A DNA stretch of 64,000 nucleotides from Ignavibacteriota bacterium (GTDB lineage: Bacteria > Bacteroidota > Ignavibacteria > UBA10030 > UBA6906), in the NCBI GenBank assembly GCA_016707525.1, contig JADJHP010000006.1, forward strand, positions 184,817 through 248,816, given 5' to 3'. Shown one piece after another: positions 29,090 to 39,381 of the stretch. The notes under the pieces are model-generated. The model had not been told where the DNA came from. It saw nothing but the letters and a program-made list of their open reading frames with translations, and did no database searches. How positions within the stretch are numbered: the first letter of the stretch is position 1; each line of letters starts with the position of its first letter. The position numbers were made by a program, and so were the translations under genes.

Positions 29090-31420
29090 ATGAGAACACT
29101 TCTTGCCCTCCTGGTGTGCGCGGGCACGGCCCTCGCCGACCAGGGTGTCGAGTTCACCGTCAATGCCAGACATCAAGGAGTCCAGCGGGATGTCCAGGTC
29201 GACCGTGACCTTCATTCGTCTGCGCTCGTCGTGTGGACCAGCGAGAACCATGCGGGTCCCGGCACGCGGGGGGATATCGTCCTCCGAAGGCTGACGATGG
29301 ATATGTGGGATGGAGGCTTCACCCCGGGGCCCGGAGCTCAAGCGGGAGTCCACCCGTCCTTCCGCAGCGCACTGGCAGACACTGAAATGATCGTCCATGA
29401 CGCCGCCGGTCTCGGGGACCAGGAGAAGCCCGCGCTCGCGGCCAACCTTCAGGGATCTGCCGTCGTGGCATGGGCATCGATGACCAACCGCGACTCAGCG
29501 TACGACATCAAGGCGCGGCGACTCCACCTCAGAGTGCCCGTCGGACCGGAGTTCTTCGTGAATACCACGATGGCACGGACACAGACCGAACCCGATGTGG
29601 CCGTGGACAGTGTTGGGAGGTTCGTGGTGGTGTGGAATGGCTGGACCGCGAGCGACGACCGGGATGTCTATCTGCGGGTCTATAGTGCCGATGGCGCGCC
29701 ACGCAGCGGAGAGATCCGTGTGAACACGACCACGGCATACAGCCAGGCGAAACCTGCCGTACGGTACCGGCCCGACGGCTCGTTCGTGGTGGTATGGGAA
29801 TCATGGCAACAGGATGACCAGTTGGTGTCAGGCTATGGTGTGTACGCCCGACACTTCGACAGTCTCGGGGTCCCCCTGTCCGGCGAATTCCGGGTCAATT
29901 CCTGGACGCCCGATAACCAGTGGTATGCCGACATCGAGACCTTCAGCGACAACAGCTTCGCCATCGTGTGGTGCAGTTGGGAACAGGATGGTGCGGACGG
30001 CGGCATCTCCATGCAGCACTACAATGCGGACAGGACGCGCCGGGGGACGGAGGTGCGGGTGAATACCACGACAGCTCACTACCAGTGGCTGCCGCGTATC
30101 CGCCGCAACGCGGACGACAGCTTCGTCGTCTGCTGGTCCAGCTGGAAGCAGGATGGCAGCCGTGAGGGGGTGTATTGCCAGATGTACGACGCGGATGCCC
30201 GGAAGGTCTCCTTCGAGACGCAGGTCAATACCCGCACGGAGTCGTTCCAATGGGAACCGGACATCGTGGCGATCGCACCGGGTGATGTGTTCGCGGTGTG
30301 GGCCGATTGGTTCAGTCCCCAGCTCGATTACGAGGTGACCGCCCGCCGCATCTTCCCGGTCCATGCCCAGGGGAGCATCGCGCCATCGACGATAGCGCAT
30401 ACGTCAGGCCGGACGACATCGCGCGTGGTGGTGCATGTGATCGATTCCCTCGCGTTGACGGGGCACACGTACGAGGCATTCTTCGATTCGCTCCCGAACA
30501 GGACGGCAGCCCTGAGCGTCCGGGATCTTGCGACCGGCGACACGCTTGTGCGACGATTCCCGATCGACCGTGGCGAGAACGTCTTCTCGATGACACCGGC
30601 GTTCCATGGGATCACCGTGGAGGTCGTCCCGGAATTCGACCTGGATCTGGACCTCGGGAATTCCACGACCATCCAGCGGAGTGGAACCACGTTCATGTTC
30701 TTCATCAATCTTCCGTCCGCAGGCACGAAGCGGATCGCGCCCATTGACGTTGCCCTTCTCTGGGGAAACACGGATACGCTGGCCGACGGCAGTTACGTTA
30801 CGGTCCTGGACACCGCGCTGTCGCTGAGCGGGAAACGGGAAGTGCTCGTTCCGTTCCGCGGCTGGAACATGACCGATGGCCAGAAGATGGACCTCCTCGT
30901 GGTCGACAGTCCATCCAACAAACGCTGGAACAAGGGGGAGCGGGTCGTCTTTCTGACGCCCCCGGCGTACCGGACGGCGGCCACGAACACGCATGCCGAA
31001 GTTCGCCCGGATGCATTCGGCTCACCGGTGATCTCTCCAGGGCCGGGCGACACGACGATCATTCGTACGTTCAGGCCGATAACGAATGCCGACCGTTTCA
31101 CATTCACTGCTGCGCGCGCGGCGGTCCTGGGCGTCCCGGGAACGGAGGGACAGCCGGGGTCCTTTGCGTTGCTGCAGAATTATCCAAATCCCTTCAACCC
31201 TGCGACCTCGATCCGGTACAGCGTACCGGTTGCAGGAAACTTCACACTCTCGGTGTATTCGATCCTCGGCCAGAAGGTGGGCGTGCTTGCCTCGGGCTTT
31301 CATCAGCCCGGCACGTACCGGGTCCGGTTTGATGCGCAGGGGTTGGCGAGCGGGGCATACTTCTACGTGTTGGAAGGGGGAGGGAAGGCGCACGTGCAGA
31401 AAATGATGGTACTAAAATGA
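29090..31420 (+). CDS. Repeat (about 7 blades) beta-propeller-like T9SS cargo protein
   Basis: Signal MRTLLALLVCAGTALA. Tandem units of about 55 aa: ..(F/V)RVN(T/S)..Q..P.V....G.FVV(V/C)W.SW.QDG...G(V/I)Y... C-terminus LLQNYPNPFNPATSIRY..VYSILGQKV..GAYFYVL..KMMVLK. Confidence 0.8.
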   Translation: MRTLLALLVCAGTALADQGVEFTVNARHQGVQRDVQVDRDLHSSALVVWTSENHAGPGTRGDIVLRRLTMDMWDGGFTPGPGAQAGVHPSFRSALADTEMIVHDAAGLGDQEKPALAANLQGSAVVAWASMTNRDSAYDIKARRLHLRVPVGPEFFVNTTMARTQTEPDVAVDSVGRFVVVWNGWTASDDRDVYLRVYSADGAPRSGEIRVNTTTAYSQAKPAVRYRPDGSFVVVWESWQQDDQLVSGYGVYARHFDSLGVPLSGEFRVNSWTPDNQWYADIETFSDNSFAIVWCSWEQDGADGGISMQHYNADRTRRGTEVRVNTTTAHYQWLPRIRRNADDSFVVCWSSWKQDGSREGVYCQMYDADARKVSFETQVNTRTESFQWEPDIVAIAPGDVFAVWADWFSPQLDYEVTARRIFPVHAQGSIAPSTIAHTSGRTTSRVVVHVIDSLALTGHTYEAFFDSLPNRTAALSVRDLATGDTLVRRFPIDRGENVFSMTPAFHGITVEVVPEFDLDLDLGNSTTIQRSGTTFMFFINLPSAGTKRIAPIDVALLWGNTDTLADGSYVTVLDTALSLSGKREVLVPFRGWNMTDGQKMDLLVVDSPSNKRWNKGERVVFLTPPAYRTAATNTHAEVRPDAFGSPVISPGPGDTTIIRTFRPITNADRFTFTAARAAVLGVPGTEGQPGSFALLQNYPNPFNPATSIRYSVPVAGNFTLSVYSILGQKVGVLASGFHQPGTYRVRFDAQGLASGAYFYVLEGGGKAHVQKMMVLK

Positions 31421-31616
31421 GTGCCAAGGTAAACTGTTCCTGATCTTGTCGGGTGAGGAGTGAGGGCGCTCTACTCCGAGTCCCAACCATGATGAGACTC
31501 TGTTCATCATGGAGCGAGGAGTCGGTATGAAGCGGGAAACGGCTTCATGCAAAGCGACTCGTCAACGTAGTCTGAAAGGACGCAACGCAAGCTGCAGAAA
31601 AGGCAGGTGAGGGCAA

Positions 31617-31652
31617 AGAAAAAGGGAGAAGACGGATCTTCTCCCTTTTTCC
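31617..31652. terminator. Bidirectional Rho-independent terminator between convergent genes
   Basis: A-run, then GGGAGAAGA-cgga-TCTTCTCCC, then TTTTT. Confidence 0.7.
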
Positions 31653-31675
31653 TTTCTGAGCAATCCCTTCTGTAC

Positions 31676-32731
31676 TTACAGCCGCACCCCCAGCGAGAAG
31701 TACTGCACGTTCTTCAACCGGCCGTAGTCCGCGAAGCCGTAGTCGAGTTTGACGGTGGCGACATTCGGGATGCCGTAGTGCACGCCCACGCCCCACGTGA
31801 GGCCCTGCTCGGAGTCGCGCAGGAACAGCGATTTGTACCCCACCCGTCCAAAGATGATCTCTTTCCAGGTCGCTTCCAGCCCGGCATTCACATACTCGGT
31901 GTTGTCATTCGGATGTGTCGCATCCACCGCGAACGTCGTCCGGATATCCTCGACCGGAGTGATCTCATACGCAACGCCGATCCGGAACGTCAGAGGAAGG
32001 TCAAACGTCTCCGTCCTCAGGTCGGACGGGATGTTGCTCGGTCCGCTGCCGATGTCGCCGTCCGGGTCGTAGTTGAACTGCAGGTCACGCCCTTCCAGCT
32101 TCATCTTCGTGCCGAAGTTCGAGATCGACGCGCCGAGGGTCAGGCCGGGGATCTCGGACATGTAGAGTGTGCCGATGTCCACGGCGAACCCGTTGGCGGC
32201 CTCGCTCCAGACCGCATCGCGGATGTACTTCGCCGTGAAACCGATCGAGAACCGGTCCGTCAGGTTGCGGGCATACGTCAACCCGAAGGCGATGGAACTC
32301 GCGTCCCACTTCCGGCCATCGCCGTTCGGGAAGTCGACCGTCCGGACGATGTCCTCGGGCACGCGCATCGAGATCACCGACAGGCCGAAGGTGCCGAGCT
32401 CGCCGATGGGCATCGCGCCCGCGGCGAAATCGTAGTTGATATCGGCCAGCCAGTTGGCGTGGTTGAACGTGAGCTCACTGTTGATCTGCATGCGGGACAG
32501 CGCGGCCGGGTTCCAGTAGATGGAGCTGATATCGCCGGTCACCGCTGCCTGCGCACCGCCCATGCCGAGGGCGCGGGCGCCGACGCCGATCTTGAGGAAC
32601 TGCGCCGCCGTGGTGCCGACCTTGGCGGTACTGCGGAACAGCTGGGCACGGGCGGGGCTGGCATTCACGACAAGGAATGCCAGGACGAGGGCTCCCGCGA
32701 GCGTTGCCCGTGTGCTGCGCATGATCTTCAT
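31676..32731 (-). CDS. Cassette B gene 3: PorV/PorQ-like outer-membrane beta-barrel
   Basis: GGAGG (32736-40, minus strand) 4 nt before ATG 32731. Signal MKIMRSTRATLAGALVLAFLVVNASPARAQ. Motifs TTAAQFLKIGVGARALGMGGAQAAVTGDISSIYWNPAAL and ISNFGTKMKLEGRD (identical in the A copy). Confidence 0.6.
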   Translation of the reverse strand: MKIMRSTRATLAGALVLAFLVVNASPARAQLFRSTAKVGTTAAQFLKIGVGARALGMGGAQAAVTGDISSIYWNPAALSRMQINSELTFNHANWLADINYDFAAGAMPIGELGTFGLSVISMRVPEDIVRTVDFPNGDGRKWDASSIAFGLTYARNLTDRFSIGFTAKYIRDAVWSEAANGFAVDIGTLYMSEIPGLTLGASISNFGTKMKLEGRDLQFNYDPDGDIGSGPSNIPSDLRTETFDLPLTFRIGVAYEITPVEDIRTTFAVDATHPNDNTEYVNAGLEATWKEIIFGRVGYKSLFLRDSEQGLTWGVGVHYGIPNVATVKLDYGFADYGRLKNVQYFSLGVRL

Positions 32732-32807
32732 ACAACCTCCAGAGCAATTCATGTGTGCGATCCGTACACCGCGGTGCCCGTCCGTCGGGCACCGCGTGAC
32801 GCGTTGA

Positions 32808-35800
32808 TCACTTGATCAGTGCAAGCCGGCCGATCTTCTCGCCGACACCCGGGACCTCGACGTGGTAGATGTACACGCCGTAGGCCAGGCGCTGGCCTTC
32901 ATACGAAAGGACCCGCCAGTCGGCGTAGCTGTTCCCATCATCCTTCACGATCGTGTCCACCAGTTCGCCGAGGAGCGTGTAGATCCGGATCGTGCACTTC
33001 GGCGGGAGGTTCCGGAATTGCAGCTTGTTGTCCCCGCGCCGGATGGAGCTCGGCCCCGGTTGCTCCATGGTGCTGTACGCGACGTACGGGTTCGGCACCA
33101 CGCAGATCTGGTCGAGCGTGTTCGTCGCTGTGGCAGCATCGAACTTCGATGCCGTGCTCGTGAACGTGTACTGGTCGCCCGCGGCGAACGGCTTCGAGGT
33201 CTTCACCTCGTAGATGTTCCCCTGCGTCGGGTAGACCGGCGTCTGTCCGTTCGGCACGCTGAACGTGACCGACAGCATCACCGGGATCGGACTCTGCGGT
33301 GCATACTTCGGAGGCGTCACGAACACGATCTCGCGTCCGGGGCGCCACATGCTGTCGGCGAGCGCTTTGTCCACCAGGATGCGCATCGCGGACGTATCGG
33401 ACATGTTGACGATCTTGAAGGGGCACACGACCACGCGGCGGCCCGAATTGTTCAGGACCGTGTCGCCCGGGAATGCCCACTTGCCGTTCGCAAGCGTGTC
33501 CGTCTTGTTCCACTGGATCTGGAAATCGAGCGGTGCCGGACGGAACGGTGCGGTCGTCAGCGCGATGGTCTTGTGGACCCGGCCAACGAGATTGGAATTG
33601 TTGATGGCGGACCAGCCGCTCCGGGCGGAGTCTATCCCCAGCGGCACGTCGGTCACGTACACCCGCATGCCATCGAACACCGGATTGTCGTCCTCGGTGG
33701 CCAGGCGGTTGCTCTCATACACCGCGTAGTAGCGATAGCTGATGGTGTACGCCCCGCCGTTGGCCAGGTTGCCGCTTGCTGCGCCACGGATCCGGCCGCC
33801 GGTGGCATCGACGCGGTACAGGGACGGATTGACCGTTGCGCCAGCAGCATCCTTCACGACCACCGACGACGCCACGAGGTTCTTCTGGGAAAGCGGGACA
33901 TAGATGGTGTCGCGTGACGTGAAGCTTTCGCTACGGTCGGAGAGCGGCTGGATATCGTACACCACTTTCCCGCCGGCCGTCCGGAAGTCGACGTTATACT
34001 TCGCTCCGTCGAGCACCGCGACATCACTCATCACTTTGACGCCGATCGTGCCGGTAGAGACGCCGGTCACGCGTTGAGCCTTCGCGCCGTTATCGACGCT
34101 GGCCTTTGTCTGGCCCGCGGGGAGCGGCCCCGGAATGGCGGCGAGGGTGTTCTGATCGAAGCTGAGTTCACCCGTCACGGGATCCTTGGTGATGGCGATC
34201 TGGCATTCCGTCGGCGGCAGAGAGACGCCCAGGGTATCGAATCCATGGTCATACGATGCGACGGCATAGTAATACGTGACGCCGTTGGTGACCGTGGAAT
34301 CGACGTACTCGTGGACGAGGCCGTTGTTGGTGCCGAGGTTGTACTTCACACCGCGGCCCTGATATTCGACCGGATGCAGGCCGGACCAGGTGTTGACGAT
34401 GTCGAACTGGGCTTTGGTCCCGTTCTTGCCCACGAGCGGCGTGGGGAGGAAGGCCGAACCGTTCGCGTCCGTGATCGTGTAGACATCACTGAACGTGTAG
34501 TCCTGGCTCCGGTAGATCTTGTATCCCTCGAAGTCCTGGGTGTTCGTCAGCGGGTCGGTGGTCTTCTCCGCCAGATTGTCCCAGTAGAGTGTCACGCGGC
34601 CGTCACCGGGGATCGCGGTCACATTCGGTTTGGGCGGCGGCTGGGCGAACAGGTAGTTCGCTTCGAGCACGCGCTGTGCCGTTTCGGAATTGAGCAGAAG
34701 GTCGGCGAGGTTTTCGCCCATCATCAGCGCGATGGAGAAGCGCTGCGTGCCTTCCGGTTCGAGCACGAACGGGCCGGAACCGTAGAGGAACTCGTTGTCG
34801 CCCGGCGTCCGGAAATAGGCCTGGTCGACTGCGATCGAGTCGGACGACAGCTGCTGGGTGAAGAGCACGTCGTTGACCGGGAAGTTCGGCGATGCTGCCG
34901 CCTGCGCGACGAAGCTGGTCAGACCGATCTGATCGGATTCGTTGACATCGCGGATGCCGAAATTCGGTTCCGAGGTGAAATTGCCGTTGGCATCGGTGCC
35001 GTTGTCCGGCTTGGCATTCCCTTCGCCGAAGTCACCGGTGCCGGCGATGCCGTCCAGCCCGACGTCGTCCTTATCGACACGCCAGTTGCCGTTCTCATCA
35101 CCCGACCAGCGAGCCTTGGGACGGCCATACAGTGCGATGTACTTGCTTGTATCAGAGATGCCCGTAGTGAGCGGGAGGGTCGTACCGTCGATGTACGTCC
35201 CCGGGCCATTGAACGGGCTCTCGTCGATCACACCGTCATCGTCATCATCCTTGCCGTTCGTGGAGTTGCTGGGCGACTCGAGGAACTTGAAGCCGAAGTA
35301 CCCCGGGGTCAGGCCGCCGTCGCCCTTATTGTCGGCATCCCATGCGTAGACCATGCTACGCGCGCGCTGGGGGAAGGGATCGGCAAGCGCCCCCTTGGGG
35401 GGAATGAAGTATGCATAGTCGTCGCCGTAGTCGTTCGGGCCGCCGACGTGCGGGTCGCCGAACATGCCGAAATACACCCTGCCCAGGGTCTTGGGGCTCT
35501 TGTTCGTGACGCGGTACACGAGGAAGATGATGTCTTCGGCCAGCGGGTTGTTGAACTGGAAGAAACGGCACTCGAGGTCGAGCCCGAGGCCGACGCGGTT
35601 GGTGTCGCCTTCGAACGGAAGGTACCGGTCCTTCCATTTCTTGTTCGTGGCATCATCGCACACGAAATACACTTCTTCGTCGGGCGAAGAGGCATCGTTG
35701 CCGAGGTAGGCGGGCCACACATAGCGTCCGAGGGCGCTGTTGTACCATGTCTCGGGCCAGCTATGGGGCTTCCTGGTCAGGTCGCCGCCCACATCGGAGC

Positions 35801-36311
35801 GGTGACTCCATGCAGCGATGTCCGACTGGCCGGGAGCAGCATACCCGGCCTTCGGCAGCCATCCCCATTTCAGGGAGCCGTCCGGCGCGTATGCACCCTG
35901 GCTGGGCGTGTACATACCGTCGTCCAGGATCCACACCGAATCGCCCTGGATGCTCTTCACTTTGGCGGCGACGAGCGGATCGAACTCGTAGCCGTAGCCG
36001 AGGCGGTTCCACACCAGGTCGGCCACGTTGCCCAGGGTGTTCGGGCGCGTGATGTTGCCGTAGTTGTAGACGATCGTGGTGATCTTGTTGCCACGAATGA
36101 TCAGGCTGCGGATCTCCTTCATGCTGCCCGTGGTCTTGGCCAGTGCGGGGCCCGACTGCTGGTGCTCGAGGAAGTCCACAAGCCGCTGCCATTCCTGGGG
36201 GCTCGCCTTTTTCGGATCGAGCTTCAGGATATCGTTCTCCTGCGCGCGTGACGCGCCCGCTGCCAACAGCAGCGCGGCGGCCACCAGGAGACTGAGAAAT
36301 GATGTTTTCAT
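32808..36311 (-). CDS. Cassette B gene 2: 1167-aa secreted protein with Asp-rich Ca-binding-like loops, Fn3-like module and variant CTD-like tail
   Basis: ATG 36311 and signal MKTSFLSLLVAAALLLAAGASRAQ. Collinear with 23700-27253 (VYNYG, SWPETWYN..YVWP, FLVYRVTNKSPKTLGRVYFGMFGDPHVGG, ESDQIGLTSF, VTLYWDN..FEGYKIYRS, YYYAVASYDHG). Tail ICVVPNPY..CTIRIYTLLGELV..GVYIYHV..RLALIK. Confidence 0.8.
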   Translation of the reverse strand: MKTSFLSLLVAAALLLAAGASRAQENDILKLDPKKASPQEWQRLVDFLEHQQSGPALAKTTGSMKEIRSLIIRGNKITTIVYNYGNITRPNTLGNVADLVWNRLGYGYEFDPLVAAKVKSIQGDSVWILDDGMYTPSQGAYAPDGSLKWGWLPKAGYAAPGQSDIAAWSHRSDVGGDLTRKPHSWPETWYNSALGRYVWPAYLGNDASSPDEEVYFVCDDATNKKWKDRYLPFEGDTNRVGLGLDLECRFFQFNNPLAEDIIFLVYRVTNKSPKTLGRVYFGMFGDPHVGGPNDYGDDYAYFIPPKGALADPFPQRARSMVYAWDADNKGDGGLTPGYFGFKFLESPSNSTNGKDDDDDGVIDESPFNGPGTYIDGTTLPLTTGISDTSKYIALYGRPKARWSGDENGNWRVDKDDVGLDGIAGTGDFGEGNAKPDNGTDANGNFTSEPNFGIRDVNESDQIGLTSFVAQAAASPNFPVNDVLFTQQLSSDSIAVDQAYFRTPGDNEFLYGSGPFVLEPEGTQRFSIALMMGENLADLLLNSETAQRVLEANYLFAQPPPKPNVTAIPGDGRVTLYWDNLAEKTTDPLTNTQDFEGYKIYRSQDYTFSDVYTITDANGSAFLPTPLVGKNGTKAQFDIVNTWSGLHPVEYQGRGVKYNLGTNNGLVHEYVDSTVTNGVTYYYAVASYDHGFDTLGVSLPPTECQIAITKDPVTGELSFDQNTLAAIPGPLPAGQTKASVDNGAKAQRVTGVSTGTIGVKVMSDVAVLDGAKYNVDFRTAGGKVVYDIQPLSDRSESFTSRDTIYVPLSQKNLVASSVVVKDAAGATVNPSLYRVDATGGRIRGAASGNLANGGAYTISYRYYAVYESNRLATEDDNPVFDGMRVYVTDVPLGIDSARSGWSAINNSNLVGRVHKTIALTTAPFRPAPLDFQIQWNKTDTLANGKWAFPGDTVLNNSGRRVVVCPFKIVNMSDTSAMRILVDKALADSMWRPGREIVFVTPPKYAPQSPIPVMLSVTFSVPNGQTPVYPTQGNIYEVKTSKPFAAGDQYTFTSTASKFDAATATNTLDQICVVPNPYVAYSTMEQPGPSSIRRGDNKLQFRNLPPKCTIRIYTLLGELVDTIVKDDGNSYADWRVLSYEGQRLAYGVYIYHVEVPGVGEKIGRLALIK

Positions 36312-36339
36312 ACAAAGTCCCATCGAATGAATGAGAGTA

Positions 36340-39228
36340 TTAGAACACGATCGAAGCGCCGACGCGGACGAGCCGCGGGGTGCTGATATTGCCGGGGTCC
36401 GCATAGTAATTGTCGATGGCGTTCAGCGGGACCATGCCCGCGTCGCCGCGTACGATGCGGTTGTGCAGATCCGCAAGGAGTTCCGGCTGCAACGTCTGCG
36501 CGATGTTGTACAGCGCACGGCCGGAGTTCGCATACACGTAGAGTTCGTTCTCGGTGTCGAACAGGTTGTCGACCTGGATGAACATCGACATGTCGAGCCC
36601 GCTGACCGTGAAGAATTTCTCGATCTTCAGGTCCACGTTCCATTGCATCGGCTGCCGATCGCTGTTCTGTGTGAAACTGATCGGGGAGACGTTCGTCGGG
36701 AACTCCGGGGTGTAGGGGGTACCGGTACGGAGATACCCGATCATGCTCACGCTCCAGTCATTCGGCTCGGAGATCATGACCGTGGAGGTCAGCGTGTGGC
36801 TGCGGTCGAAGTTCAACGGCACGAGATAGGTCTGGCTCAGACGGCCGGCACTTTCGCTGAAAAAGATCTCGTCGGTCGGCAGCGTCCGGTTCCCTTCAGA
36901 CACCTGGAAGGTGTAGTCCAGTGTCGCGGAGAGCATGTCGTTCGCGGAACGCCGCTTGAGGAGCGAGATGCTGACGCCGCGCGTGTTGGCATAACTGAGA
37001 TTGGTGAGCAGGTTGTATTCCTTGTCGCCGCGCGGGGTGATGACGCGTTGTGAGTAGATATAGTCACGCACGTCCTTGTAATACCCGCTGATCTCGACCT
37101 TCAGGTCCTCGGTGAGCCCCTGCTGCAGGCCGAGCTCATACTGCACGCTCTTCTGCGGGTTCACGTTGGGGTTGCCGAAGCTCAGGGTCACGCCGGAGGG
37201 GGCGCGGAAGTTCGGGTTGCTGTACAGGCTGGACAGCGAACCGATCTGGAAGAAGTGCCCGTACGAGAAGCGGATCGTTCCCTGGTCGGTGATCGGGTAT
37301 GACACGCTGACGCGGGGGCTGATCATATGCTTCTTTTCGGCGGCGACCAGGTTCTTCTGGAGGAAGATCGTGTCCTGGAGGGCGAGTTCGCTGCTGATCC
37401 CCGCGTTGTAGTTCGCGGCCGGGTCGAAGTACTCGTACCGCACGCCGAGATTCAGGATGATGGATTTGAAGAGTTCGATCTTGTCCTGGACATAGGCGGC
37501 CATCTGCAACGGCTGGCGTTCGTAGGCGGTGTAACCACCTACGGCGTCGGGGATGTACGGCAGGAAGTTGTAGTTGCCGGTCAGCGCGTTGGAGAAGTTC
37601 GGGGTCGTATTCGGGGAGTTCGGGTCCCGGAACTGCAGCGTATACGATTCCACATTCAGCTTATGCTTGCGCACCTCGATGCCCGCTTTGACCTCGTGGA
37701 TGCTGAAGATCTGGGCGACGAGGTCGACCTTGCCGGCCATCGTGACGGTCTTGCGGCTGAAACGGAACAGGTCGGTGCCGCCCGTGACGTACGAGGTGTT
37801 CGGGAAATACTTCTGATAGAAGCTCGGAAGGTACCGGGCATCAGAGGGGTCGTCGTAGGCCCAGCTGTGCCCCTGGTCGGTGATATAGGAGCCCTTCACG
37901 GTGTAGAACATGCTCTCGTTCACCGAGTGGGTCCACTCGAGGGAGTGCATGAAGCCCTTGCTCTGATCGATCGCCCTGCCATCCGGCTTGTAACGCGACG
38001 TGAAGGCATCCGAGAAGGCGTTGCTCGAATTCGGGGATTCATCGAAGTTGTGCACGAACTCATACTTCAGTTTGATCGACGGGGTGACCTTCCACGCGAT
38101 GTTCCCCTGGACATTGTACGAGCGGCTCCAGTTCAGCGCCACCGCATCGGGGGTGTAGGTGGAATCGTGGCCGTAGGCGCCGGTGTACAGGCTCGGCCGT
38201 CCGACCTTGTCCGTCGTCCCATTGATGAGCGGAGCGAAGTAGTACGGGTCGCTCGGGGAGCCAAAGCGCGGATCGGAGGACGAGAATCCCTCGCGTGAGA
38301 GGAACGCGTCGTTGGGGAGATAGATCCGCTGGCCGTACAGATGGCCACCGTTCCAGTTGTACACACCGGAGGCGAAGAACGTGAGATCCTCGCCGAGGAT
38401 GGGCCCGCTCAGGGTCGCTTCCGTGCGGTTCACGTTGGTCGGGCTGACCTTATTGATATTGTAGAACAGGTCCTTGTGCGAGCTTACATGGTCGCCGAAG
38501 AACTGCTTCACACTGCCGGCCCACTTCACGCCGCCGTCGCGGGTCACATAGTTCACCACGCCGCTGAGGGCGCTGCCGAATTCGGCGCTGAAGGTACCGC
38601 TGGACACCGACACTTCGCGCACGGCGTTGGTTGCGACGCCCACGGAGCGGGTGTTGCCGTAGGGATTGTTGATGTTCATCCCGTTCAGGGTGTAGGCGAT
38701 CTCGTTCCCCAGGCCGCCGCGGATGTGAATGCTGCCATCGTCGTCCACCGTGATCCCCGCCTGCAGCCCGATCACTTCGCTGATATCGGTCACCGGCAAC
38801 GCTTCGATGGATTCCGAGGAGATCGATGCTACGGGGTTCGTGAGGTCCTGGCGGATGAGCGGCGTGCGCTCGGCCTGGATCACCACGGCGTCCAGTTCAA
38901 CGCTTCCCTCGACCAGGTCGATGTCCTGCTGCGTTGTGAAGTCGGTGGAGATGCGAAGGTCGTTCACCTCGAACCGGCGGTAGCCGATGAAGGAGGCAAC
39001 GACCTTGACCTTGCCCGGCGGGACATTGAGGATCACATAGCGGCCGTCGACGGCCGAGGAAGCGCCAAGGGATGTTCCTGCGACGGTGACGTTCACGCCG
39101 GGGAGCGGTTCCCGTGTGCGGGAATCCCTGACCACGCCGGAGATCTTTCCTGTCGAACCGGCGAGCATCGTGGGGACTGCCAGGAGGACACTGAGCAGAA
39201 CCGCCATACAACGTGTAAGGATGCGCAT
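36340..39228 (-). CDS. Cassette B gene 1: CarboxypepD_reg + plug + TonB-dependent-receptor-like barrel
   Basis: ATG 39228. Signal MRILTRCMAVLLSVLLAVPTMLAG. GKISGVVRDSRTREPLPGVNVTVAGT..DGRYVILNVPPGKVKVV. Plug-like IHIRGGLGNEIAYTLNGMN. Ends VGASIVF. Confidence 0.8.
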   Translation of the reverse strand: MRILTRCMAVLLSVLLAVPTMLAGSTGKISGVVRDSRTREPLPGVNVTVAGTSLGASSAVDGRYVILNVPPGKVKVVASFIGYRRFEVNDLRISTDFTTQQDIDLVEGSVELDAVVIQAERTPLIRQDLTNPVASISSESIEALPVTDISEVIGLQAGITVDDDGSIHIRGGLGNEIAYTLNGMNINNPYGNTRSVGVATNAVREVSVSSGTFSAEFGSALSGVVNYVTRDGGVKWAGSVKQFFGDHVSSHKDLFYNINKVSPTNVNRTEATLSGPILGEDLTFFASGVYNWNGGHLYGQRIYLPNDAFLSREGFSSSDPRFGSPSDPYYFAPLINGTTDKVGRPSLYTGAYGHDSTYTPDAVALNWSRSYNVQGNIAWKVTPSIKLKYEFVHNFDESPNSSNAFSDAFTSRYKPDGRAIDQSKGFMHSLEWTHSVNESMFYTVKGSYITDQGHSWAYDDPSDARYLPSFYQKYFPNTSYVTGGTDLFRFSRKTVTMAGKVDLVAQIFSIHEVKAGIEVRKHKLNVESYTLQFRDPNSPNTTPNFSNALTGNYNFLPYIPDAVGGYTAYERQPLQMAAYVQDKIELFKSIILNLGVRYEYFDPAANYNAGISSELALQDTIFLQKNLVAAEKKHMISPRVSVSYPITDQGTIRFSYGHFFQIGSLSSLYSNPNFRAPSGVTLSFGNPNVNPQKSVQYELGLQQGLTEDLKVEISGYYKDVRDYIYSQRVITPRGDKEYNLLTNLSYANTRGVSISLLKRRSANDMLSATLDYTFQVSEGNRTLPTDEIFFSESAGRLSQTYLVPLNFDRSHTLTSTVMISEPNDWSVSMIGYLRTGTPYTPEFPTNVSPISFTQNSDRQPMQWNVDLKIEKFFTVSGLDMSMFIQVDNLFDTENELYVYANSGRALYNIAQTLQPELLADLHNRIVRGDAGMVPLNAIDNYYADPGNISTPRLVRVGASIVF

Positions 39229-39352
39229 GGTGTACCTTTTGGTTGATGAGATTGCCAATACAACAACGGGGGAACTGAGAAAGGAAAACGGTCGATCTTC
39301 CCTACGGCCCGAGGACACGACTGCGAGGATGAAGATCACTATTATAGACAAA

Positions 39353-39381
39353 AATATAGAGAAACCGCTTCCAGTAGTCAA
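39353..39381 (-). promoter_or_regulatory. Near-consensus sigma70-type promoter for cassette B
   Basis: The minus strand reads TTGACT (39381-39376), 17 nt, TATATT (39358-39353), inside an AT-rich island. The leader to ATG 39228 is about 115 nt. Confidence 0.55.
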
